A DNA stretch of 64,000 nt, from assembly GCA_037447605.1 (NCBI GenBank), contig CM074806.1:1550001-1614000 (forward strand), written 5' to 3'. This document shows positions 46,496-56,861 of the stretch, piece after piece. Each line of letters opens with the position of its first letter. The first letter of the stretch is position 1. The notes under the pieces were generated by a model that saw nothing but the letters and a program-made list of their open reading frames with translations, made no database searches and had not been told where the DNA came from. This DNA comes from Zygnema circumcarinatum SAG 698-1b. Its lineage: Eukaryota; Plantae; Zygnematophyceae. The position numbers were made by a program, and so were the translations under genes.

Positions 46496-48015
46496 TCATT
46501 GGTGCTGCAGTTCCCGTTCCATCTGAAGAATATTTTGCTGCAATTGCAGGTTAATCTCACCCTGCATTCAGACCATGAATAATCTGAGCAACCTTGGCCA
46601 TGGCTGCTGCCCTTTGTTAAATGCATCACGCAGTAGTTGGGAGTCATGGCCGATTGCGCTGTACCAAATGTTATTAACAGCTCTCTTCAATACGCTCTCT
46701 CCGCTTTTCAACTGAATGCAATTAATCTAGCAATTTCTATAACAGACAGCTCGATTGGGAATGAGCAAAGGAGAACTCCAATGCCACAAAATGCTAAAAA
46801 CAGGGAAAAAACATTGTAAGTGCGACTGTAAGCTGCAGTGTTCCAGTTTTCTGTATTATATTCTCAGTATAAGTAATCAATTGGACGGGGTCCGTGCACG
46901 AGCCGTAAGGAGCATGACAAATAGACTCAAGTAAGCAACTCAACAAGTTTATTTTCAGAGGGCAGTAAACAGAGCCGCTTCGACAGAGGGGCCACAATGC
47001 AATTACAATGAACATAATTCGGCTGATAGAATACGAACCAAAGAATGAACAACAACAGGTATGAAAGCCTGAACCAATGCCAGGTCCAGTAAAGTGATCA
47101 TAATGGATCTGTGAATCTTACCTGGTTTTTCACTGCCGCGGAGCTGTCGCAGACATCCTTTGCTAGGAGTTCAAGCCTCCGTAACATGCTTGAGTAAAGA
47201 GACTCTATACCAGCCACCTTTGTGCTTTCCATGATAGACTGCAAGCTCTCAACGGGAAAATCTAGAGAGATCCTCTCCAAGCCAGCCTTAGCCTCCCTAA
47301 ATTCGTCTCCCCGTATGCCTCGTAGAACATCCGACGACGATCCTTGACTAATAGCAGAATCTACAGGAACAGGGAGCAGAGGAAAGCAGGCTCTGGGAGA
47401 AAAGGAGCCATACTGTCCTCTAAACTCTGGGCCTATATTCACAATATTGACCGAGCATGGATGGAAGGACGGCCAGTCCCTTGACTGACAATAGTCATAC
47501 TGAAATACTTTATATTCATAGGAATGAGACAGATTATTGTGATCCTTAAAGGCGGTGAATAACAAAAATAGAAGCGGAACTTCGGTGTGCGTTCCTAAAA
47601 TTGATGCAAGTCCAGTCTTCATCTGCGCGCAAACCGCTGCCTCCCGCATGGATGGTCTGAGCGGCGTGTTGCCTCTTTGCATGAACCAGCCAATCATCGA
47701 ATCTCCTGCCCTTCCCTTCCTTCCCTCCACAATGCGTCTGAGCTTATCTGCATCTATGGCTCCTCCTGCATCATAAAAGGCCATGGCGTTCCCCACGATG
47801 CAGTAGGATGACACAGTCGCCGTACATTCCAGCCGTGGCCGCTGCTCCAGCCCGTCATCCTGCAGCACTGCAGCGGTGCTGCTGCACTGGACGCTGCCAA
47901 GGAGGAGGCCGGCAGCGTCGCCATGGCCACCTGCAAGCTCCTCCATCATGGACGCCAGAACCGCTCCCGATATGGCCACGCGCTCCACCGGCCCCCCTAC
48001 ACCGCCGGCCGCCAT
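46496..48015 (-). CDS. BRCA1-A/BRISC subunit Abraxas/Abro1-like protein; 3' end uncertain
   Basis: VERVAISGAVLASM...AAGLLLG, FYDAGGAID, MIGWF...TPLRPSMRE, HSYEYKVFQY, PEFRGQYGSFSP match the recalled plant Abraxas family. The main exon ends at CAG|gtaag near 47141. A plausible last exon 46537-46496 reads QNILQMERELQHQ*. Confidence 0.8.
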
Positions 48016-48290
48016 GGCCTCTGCCTTCCCTCCCCTCCCCTCCCCTCCCCTCCCCCTCCTCGGAATCCGCCTCGGCGGAGCAGCGGAGGGGGGGGACCAC
48101 GTGGCGTAAGCAGAGCGCTCGCAATGGGCGAGGCGAGCGGCGCCTCCAATCGATACGCGCCACGTGGCGGGCGCAATGATCCGCCTTTGGATGGCAGGGA
48201 GAGGGAGAGGGAGAGCGAGAGCGGAGGGAGGGAGGCGCAGAGCGGCGGCCATTAGGGCGGGGCGGGCGCTGCGCTGCTCCCTGAGCAGCC

Positions 48291-51200
48291 ATGGCTGCGC
48301 CCTGCCATGCGCTCTACTCGCCTGAAGGCGGCGCCGTTATGTCCATGATTGCAGGCAGGGTCTGTGCACTTCCTGGTAGCCAGCCATGGCTGCTGCGCAG
48401 CGAGATAGGGTTTGCAGGGAGTCCTGCAAAGGCTGGAGCGTGTTCGAATTCTGGCTTTCCTGGAAGCGTACCGGTGGTGAGGGCCTGGCAGACGGTGTCC
48501 AGACTCAATTCAGGTGCGAAGGTCGCAGGGGGAATGCAAATTAGGGCGGATGCTGTAGGTGGAGGCACTCTGCTGACAAGCGGAAGGGGAGTGGCTATCG
48601 AGATACAAATGAGGGAGACAGAGGGCTCCAGGAACACGCGCTGCGCTCCGGTGCCGTCCGCCGTCCGAAGTGACGCAGAGGACGGGAGTGTCAGTCTTGT
48701 GGAGAGGTTTGAATGTCTTCTGAAGCCCGAAGATGTTTCTGAGTGTGCTGCTAATGGCGGACCGGAGGGTATTAGTCATAGGAGGCGCCGTTCTGGTATG
48801 AGAGAGGAGACGAGGGAAGCAGAGAAATTCCGCGACGAGATATTTGGCTGTGATGATGGAGAGAGGAGAGAAGGACCACGTGCCTTTGGGCCTCTCTGCG
48901 AAGCAGACATAATAACGAATACAGAAAGGCCTGGAATAGATTCCCAAGGAAAGCCACCGGATGCTGTCGCGGAGTTCCAAGGCAGCAGGTGGTTAGAGCA
49001 CGCCCACCTGGATGAAGCTGCTGTTTCGACGCGTTTAACGGATGGAAATTGGGAGGATTCTGTTGGGTTGCAAGAATTCAGAACAACGTGGGACGGTGCT
49101 GAAAGCAGGCTGTCGTTGGCAGGACCCCTACGAATTTCAGTGGGCAAATCTGCTAGTGCTTTGTCAGGCTTTGATGATAACCGCTGTCAAGGGAGATTGG
49201 ATTCTTGGGAGGATGCAGCTGCACCTTTAGGGACTGAGGTAGTCAAACGGGAGGGGAGAACTGGCACTGACGGGACGGTTGTGGAATGTATGGATTTAGT
49301 CAAGGAATTGAAAGTTGATGCACAAAACCGAGTGAGGAGTACAGAATGGCAATCAGAAGTTGGCTCTTCTCGAAGGCGGAAATCCTTGTGGAAGCCTAGA
49401 ACTCCTGAGGAGTTGAAACAAAGGATTGCAATTGAGCAAGGCATGAAAAGAGCAGGCGATAAGCCAAGCACTCCCTTGGTGCGAGCACTCACGTGGGGAC
49501 TGCGAGGGGCTGAAACCGTAGAGGAAGTAGGGACGGTGTTGGATGGTCTAGATTTAAGGATTGAATTATGCAGTTCGGTAATACAAAAGTTGGGTCTTGA
49601 AGGGCAAGTAGGAGCCGCGTTGGCTTTTTTCAACTGGCTTCAGAGGGAGGCCGCGGGAAAAAAAGAGTGTTTGAAGTCAGTGAGTGGGCATCCAGAACAT
49701 AGTCAAGAGGGGGCATCATCCCTGCTGGAACGTCAAGAGACTCTCTTTACTCATTCGGATAGCAATGGGACTGCTTTTGCTGGTCATTTGGACCATGCGT
49801 GTACTGGGTCTGGTGAGGCCTGTTGTTCTGACAGGTTGAAAGGAAGACTAGATGGCATAGTAACGTTAACCAATGAGCAATTCCCAGCTCAGGCTAGCTA
49901 TATAGAAGACAAATCACAGCATAGAGGAGAAGAACAACATTTAGGAGCAGCTGTTAAAAGATGTCAGCCAGGTACCTTACAGCCAAATGTGTATATTTAC
50001 AATAGTCTATTGGGAGCACTGAAAGCGAATAAGGAATTCGGCATGATCAGTGAGGTCATGTCGTGGATGGAGGAAGCAGGAATTGCGCCTGACACTGTGA
50101 CATATAATACGCTTATCAGTCTCTGTGAACAAAGGGGGGATTGTGAGGGTGCTTTTAGGGTCTTCGAGACCATGAAGTCATCTCAAGTGAAGCCGAACCT
50201 GTTCACTTTCAGAAATTTGATAAACATCTGCAAGCAGCGGAACCAACTGGAGCGTGCTCTGGACATATACAAGACATTGCTCTTTGCGAACTTGGAGCTT
50301 AACTCACAGCGTGAGAGGGCTCAATTGGAGGAAACTGAAGTTGTCATGAGAAGGATGTGCAATGAGGAGATGCGTAGGAGGCTTCAGAGCAGAGATAATG
50401 GTCAAGCATTGGATAGCATGAACGTTCTCCTCGTGTTCTGGCGCATGGAAGATGCTAAAATAAGACCTGATAGAGAGAGCTATAGCCAAGCTCTATGGGC
50501 ATGCTGCCGTTATCCGGTGACCCTTCAACGCACAGCTCGGACTCTCTTCGCAGAAATGTATGAGCGGAATTTGACGCCTGCTGCAGCCCTATGCAGCGAA
50601 CTTATCCGTGCATTGGGTCAAGCCAAGAAATGGTGGGCAGCTTTAGAGGTCTTTCAGCGCATGCAAGCGAAGGGTCCCCCTCCTACTGAAGAGAGCAGAA
50701 GAGAGCTCCTTGCCCAGTTCAACAAGCTCCTCCTCTCTGCACGCAAGCGAAGACTTTGGAAGTGGGCTTTGCAGTTGCTGGAGAGAATGGAGAATGCCGG
50801 GTTGGAGCCGGACACCAAAGCGTGGGCTACAGCCGTGGCTACTTGTGCAATGGCAAGCCAAACAGAGGCAGCAATGGGAGCCTTCAGGGGGATGATGGAG
50901 CGGGGACATAAGCCAGGAATAGTGACCTACGGGGCTCTTCTGAGTGCTTTGGAGAAGGGAGACCTCCTAGAGACAGCGTTGGAAGTGTGGGAGCACATGA
51001 CCAGAGTTGGAATTGAGCCAAACCTGCAGGCTTATACCACTCTTGTTGTGGCCTATGGGAGGAGAGGAGAATATGGAGAGGCTGTTCGAGTGTTTGAGGA
51101 AATGCGAGCTTCCGGCTGTTCTGTGGACGTTGTGGCGTACAATGCCATCTTGACTACATGTGCCTGCACTGGTCAAGGCTTGCGGGCTCTCGAGTGGTTG

Positions 51201-51969
51201 CAGCAGGTACTTTTAGAGGTCTTCAATCCGTTGTTTATTGTGTCCTCTTCATTGGTTGAAGGATAGCCGAGTCACCCTGGGTGCTGTGCTGTTTTGCATC
51301 GCATGTATGATTTTTCCTTGTCCTTTCATCTCGGCTGGTGGATGTGGGCATTGATTTTCATGCATGTCTCTGTCACTCGGATGTTTCTGCCAAAATTGTG
51401 TATCAAAACTCACTGTTTGAAAACTGTTGTGACCCTTTGAGGTCCCCTTTACTTTCTTCAGGAGTCGTTGATCTGTCCCCATTTCCAGGAACTTCCTCCT
51501 TTTACGTCAAATGTCAAACTCTAGGCTTGCTTCGTTCACCTTGAACCAAATAACTTGCAAAGACAGAGGCAGTTGCTGTCTGACACTCGACTAGCGAATG
51601 ATGCATCATCATCTGCTAGCAGACAGCAGCTCCTAACCAGTCCACTCTCCGGTTCACGAGTCGGTGCAGATGAGACACGCGCAAGTGCAGCCGAATGCGG
51701 TGAGCTTTGAGCAGGCCATTGAGGCCTTGGCCAATGAAGGCCACTGGGAGGCTGCCGCAGAGGCCTACAACCGCGCGCGCTCAGAAGGCGTTCAGCCCAC
51801 ACCTGCAAGTTACGATTCCGTTGTGAGGGCCTGTCTGGCAAATGGGGCCTCCGTGAAGGCAGTCCTGTTGGGGCCGCGGCCCCTCTCACGAACAGATGGG
51901 TTAAGGGCAAAGGCTCCCTCTTGCAAGGTGGTTGTGAAGACAGCTGTGGGGAACTTGGGAGCTCGCTGA
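48291..51969 (+). CDS. LPE1: P-class PPR protein, LPE1 (At3g46610)-like, plastid-type N-terminus
   Basis: Exons 48291-51206 and 51670-51969. PNVYIYNSLLGA, PDTVTYNTLI, ALGQAKKWWAALEVF, RRLWKWALQLLERM, YGALLSALEKG, IEALANEG and VLLGPRP match recalled LPE1. Confidence 0.85.
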
Positions 51970-52994
51970 TTCCCATTGCATTGTTGTCATGTTACAGCTT
52001 TAGGTTAGTTGCTATGTTCCATGGATTTTTTTAAGTGTAACTAGGTTGGGCTATCCTGTTTATCAATGCTTATCTATGCAGACAGCTTGAAGGCCTCGTT
52101 GAGTTTCTGCGATGCGTGATCTGATCAGATGTGATGTGATGCGAATGTAATGTGATGGATGTTGCTAACTGACGTTTAGATTGGAAGTTTCAAAAGTATG
52201 GGACGTCATCCTCTGGCGAGACAGGGCTGAAGCATTCTTCTTTGTTTTTCCCTTGCATTGATACGGATGTGCATGACTTGCAAAACTTTTCTTTTAATAA
52301 GCACAAGCGGGATAAGGAATGCACTAAATGATAGGAGAAGCGGATGGACAAAAAACCGCGTAAAAAGGTTGTGTCCATGGATTCAAGGAGGCGAAATTGA
52401 AAACACTGATTCAGCAACAAAACCATAACTGAACGTCAGGATCAGCATAATATTCACACATTCTTGCCAACATGTTTGCGAAGTGTCATTGCTTGCAGCG
52501 CTAACACAAGAAAGCAGCCTTTCGTTTGGGGGATTCAATCCTAGCTTCCGTGTTTAAGTGTTTGAGGTCGAGATCAAGTGTATTATGTGTCTGGCCTAGC
52601 TTGAAAATCGGTACCGGTTTTGCTCTCGATTTCGCTTTCTACGGTATTTTTTAGACCCATAATAAAAAGAAAGGAGCCTCTATGAACAATCCAAACTTCG
52701 TAGCGAAACGGACACTATCGACTGACTCCCTGCAGACCGGAACTTACAAATGAGGAATTGATTCACCGAAAAGAGGGTCCCTTCCATCACTGTAGGCACC
52801 GATGGGAACTCAGAATGTCGTTACGTACTGAATAGCTCTCGTAGCCCTCACACTTTCTAGTTGAGACTTGCCACATTTGTGTCAACCCTGCATGACAAAA
52901 CGAAAAAAAAAAGGTAAGTTCAATGCGCTGATTGCTCTGCTAAACAGTTTCAGATGTTATCGCGCAAACACCGCACATAACCAAAGTGAACTTT

Positions 52995-53545
52995 TCACAT
53001 CTGTTTTCGCAACAATCTCGCTCTCAGGAAAGAAAACCTAAGCAAGGCAATCTTTCTGGATTTCCACTGCTCTGTCAACTGTGCCTTATCAGCCTCTGCA
53101 TTCTTCAATGCCTCCTACTCTGCATAGATGACCTCATGCTCCATATGGAATCCTTTGAATCTCTTTACATAAGGGGCTTCTGTGTTCACAGCAAGACGTC
53201 ACGTGGATCAATTCCGACTCAAATAGTTCTAATGGCTCCACATCTCACAAACGCAGCTGTGGCAGTTGGCCCAACCTGCTGCTCATTGCTTTCACCCTGT
53301 TCGTCATAGAACAGACTGTTAATCCGAGTGCCTGTACACATGTGTCATGGCCCATGACACATGGGCTTGTGACACATTCCAAAAGTAAGGGCCACTGAGT
53401 GGCTTCAGTTCAAATCCTGAGAACTCTCCATCATAAAATTATCGTCGCTGATGCCTCCCAGCAACCCCGCTGGGATTTCATTGTCCTCTCAACAATCTCT
53501 TAGTCCAAGCCCTCCATCACCAGAATTTTCAGCTTCTCCCTTTCA
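52995..53545 (-). pseudogene. Decayed continuation of the acidic repeat gene
   Basis: After the stop at 53543 the same frame still reads EIPAGLLGGISD between stops at 53489 and 53405. 53179-52995 reads as a coiled-coil-like exon interrupted by TAG at 53115. Confidence 0.45.
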
Positions 53546-55229
53546 ATGCTTTGTTTCAAAGTCTTCGTCCGGCCCTTTAGTCAAGCCCTCTGTCACAGCC
53601 ACCCCTTGGATTGTAGTCTCCATCTCTTTCTTTGAATCCCTGCATTCACTCAGTTCCTGCAGTAAATCAGGCGGGGTTTCCTCTGAATCATCATCCGACT
53701 CTTGATCCGAACAGTCCGTTGTAACCACCACCGGAGTAGTAGGTTTCACCACTTCCTTCGACTTCGCGTGGTCTCTCATTCCCCAAAGCAATTCAGCAGG
53801 AGGTTCATCATCCGACTCTTCATCCAAATCTTCTGATCCCATCACCACCGGGCTTGTACATTCCGACTCTTTCATTGATCTTTTGCGGTCTCTCATTTCC
53901 CAAAGCAACTCAGCAGGGGGTTCGTCATCCGACTCTTCATCCAAATTTTCTGATCCCATCACCACCGGGCTTGTAAATTCCGACTCTTCCATTGATCTTT
54001 TGCGGCCCCTCATTCCCCAAAGCAACTCAGCTGGTGGTCCCTCTGTGAGCTCATCAGAATCTTCATCCGAAACCTCTAGAGAAGCTACGACCGAGCTCCT
54101 ATTCTCCTTCACCTTCTTCTGATCTCTTACCCCCCAAAGCAATTTAGAGAGGGGCTCTTCGGACTCTGCATCTGAATCACTATCTGAACTCTCCAACGGG
54201 GTTTGAAGCTCTACCGTGTCCTTAGTCTTCTTATGGTCTCGAACACCCCAAAGTAAATCAGCAGGGGCCTTTTTCAACTCTTCATCGGAGTATTCATCTG
54301 GCATTTCATCTGAAGGAGCGAGCTCCGGGTCTAAAAATTCGACCTTTTCCTTGGGTCTTTTTTCTTTTTCCCTGATTGCCCAAAGCAGCCCAGAAGGGGG
54401 CTCTTCAGATTCTTCGTGCAACTCTTCATCGCTCTCTCCATGTACAGGACTTTTAGGCCTTTTTTCTTTCTTCATTTTCTTGCGATCCCTCATGTCCCAG
54501 AGCAGCTCAGTTGGAGGCTGCTCTGACTCTCTATATGAGCCCCTTATAGGAGCCGCCATTCCATTTTTGGATTCTCGAGTGCTCCTGCCATTGCGCAGGA
54601 TGCTGGATGTATTGTGAATTTGGTCCGCGCCCTCGTCAATCTGCACAATACAAAGTCATTCTCTCTGTAAAGGAAACTTTGTTTGTCTATACAGTATATA
54701 AATAAATGTACGCATGTCGTCTCTCGTACAACGCTACACATAAAGCAAGGGCCTTGCGCCCACAGCCTACACCTCAAGCGGAACTGGCCCAGTAGATACT
54801 CTGAAAGCCCTCTCCAACAACCCCTAAGAAACTTCAGTCTTCCTACAGATTCGTACAATTCCCATAATATCCGTCGAATTTAACAACGCAAAATCTAAAT
54901 CATTTTCTTTTTTTAACAAAAAATGGTAGTGGTCTGCAAAAGTTAGTGAAGAGCAAGTGCTGGGTGTATGCCCAGTAACATCTGCGTACCTCACTTAACT
55001 TGTCGAGTTGCTCGGTCGAGCTGGAGCTCTCCTCTCTGTACCTTTTCTGACCGGAGCCTTCATCACGTTTCAAGCCCCCACGCTTTGGCGGTTCTCGCAT
55101 TTCCCATACGACGGTTCGTGCTGGAGATCCTTTCGAATGTTTTACGGGTTCTAGGGTCTTGCAATGTTTTTGCTCCCTTGTCAGTCCGTCGTCCCCGCAA
55201 CCTTTGACGTCTACCCATTCCTTAAACAT
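53543..55229 (-). CDS. Unrecognised acidic, probably disordered tandem-repeat protein with [ED]LLWx[MV]R[DE] motifs
   Basis: Exon about 55229-54990 (GAG|gtacgc) joins in phase 0 to 54640-53543. Seven LLW motifs separated by D/E/S-rich spacers; basic clusters (RKKMKKEKRPK). Two near-identical 39-aa (117-bp) units. Confidence 0.7.
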
Positions 55230-56239
55230 GTTGGAGTCCTCAATCCCGCAATTCAATTTACATTCAAGGCCTAGAAAGCGAGTTACATCCTCCAACTAAC
55301 CCTGCAGCCCTGCACAAGCGCCTGCAAAATGCATGACAGCGTCGTTTAGTCCCTCTCTCTCTCCCCCTCTCTCTCTCTCCCTCTCTCTCTTTCTCTCTCT
55401 CTACAGAAATCTCCCTTCTCTATCAACCGAAAGCTCTTGCCCTCTGCCTCTGTCCTGCCCTCCATTCGCCTCCGTCGTCCTTCGCCTTGCCCAAAATCCC
55501 AAGTCCCTTCTCGCCGGCCTCCCTTCCGTCTTCCAACGGTTGGTTAGCACTCTCGACTGTGACGTCACGATTGCTGACCAACTGCTGACGTGGCACCAAC
55601 ATTCGGCTTTAGTAAACGGCGTTTATCTGCACTATGCCCCGGAGCGCTGTTTCCACACAGGTGACGTCATCATAAGCTCTTCGGCCAATCAGCGGCCACT
55701 GCTCGGGCGGTACCAAAAAAAGTCCCTCGTACTTTCTGTACACCAATTATCCGTATTTTGGGAGATACTAGCGATACGTAACCGATACGTATGCGTATCC
55801 GATACGTGAAAACTACGTAGACGATACGTAATCGATACGCACGGCGCCATTTTGTCGTTTACGAAAAGAGTCGTCCTTGGAGGCGAGCAGGAAGGTGGCG
55901 TGGGCCGCGTGGCGAATACACCCCTTTTGTACCGTACGCATTTCGTTCGCACAGCGACTTTTTTTTCTGGGCGGCATTATTTGTCTCATGCGGCGGCGGC
56001 AGTGTCGGCGCGACGAGGGAGAGCTCTAGCAGCGCGGGCAGCAAGCGGGAAATTTGTAGCTCGGTCTGCCCGAAAAAAGATTCCCCGACAGTTGGCGCAG
56101 CGGCCAGACAGAGAGAGGATCCGGCGACCACTTTTTCTCGTACGGACGTGTCGACGGGCAGGAATTTCCTCCGTACAGTACGGATCCTGACTTGAAAATT
56201 CGAGCCGTTGGACCCGGAAAGCCCGGAATGCCCTGACTA

Positions 56240-56410
56240 CAAACCTAAACCCTCAACCCTAAAACGTAAATCCTAACCTAAAACACAACCCCTAAAAACC
56301 TAAAACATAAACCCTACAATCTAAACTCTAGACCCTAAAACCTAAACCCTGTAAACTAAACCCTAAATCCCGAACCCCAAACCCTAAACCCTACAACCTG
56401 AACCCTGAAA
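56240..56410. repeat. Degenerate interstitial telomere-like (CCCTAAA) tract
   Basis: Many variant units (AAACCCT, CCCTAAAA, AACCTAAA, CCCTACA) read directly. Confidence 0.8.
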
Positions 56411-56861
56411 AAGCAAGATCATCATCCCCATAAAGGATTCGAAATCGTTGATGGCAATCAAAGCCTTCCGCCTGCAGCGGCAGAGCGAGCATCGACGGAG
56501 GGAGGATGCCGTCATCTCCACCGCACATTATTGCATGCAAGTAGTCACTTGCCAGCCTTACATCACTCCACTAACTCCGTCACATCACGTCACGTCACGC
56601 TACAAGGAGCCCATCATCGTCGCCTTTGCACATTCAGAGTGTCCAGAAATTCTCTCAAGCTGCGCTGTACAGAGCTGCTTTTATTTACTTATACACGGAT
56701 CGCGAGGTGGCACGTACAGTCGAGCAGCAACAGCAGCAGGCCCCCTCCCACAAGTCAAGGAATTGGGAAAACTTCCGTTCTGCAAACTTATTCGCCGCCA
56801 AAGAAACGAACCAATTAACTAACATCAAAATGACAGTCTTCGCAGTCAAAACTGGATGGAC

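Noticed and set aside
30276-48015. H2A.X and Abraxas-like gene as a DNA-damage cluster
   Set aside because: They are about 15 kb apart with unrelated genes between them; co-location is most simply chance.
53543-54646. Repeat protein as an EPYC1-like pyrenoid Rubisco linker
   Set aside because: The sticker-spacer layout is suggestive, but the protein is strongly acidic, has NLS-like clusters, no evident transit peptide, and the motif differs from the known W[+]xx-hydrophobic Rubisco-binding motif.
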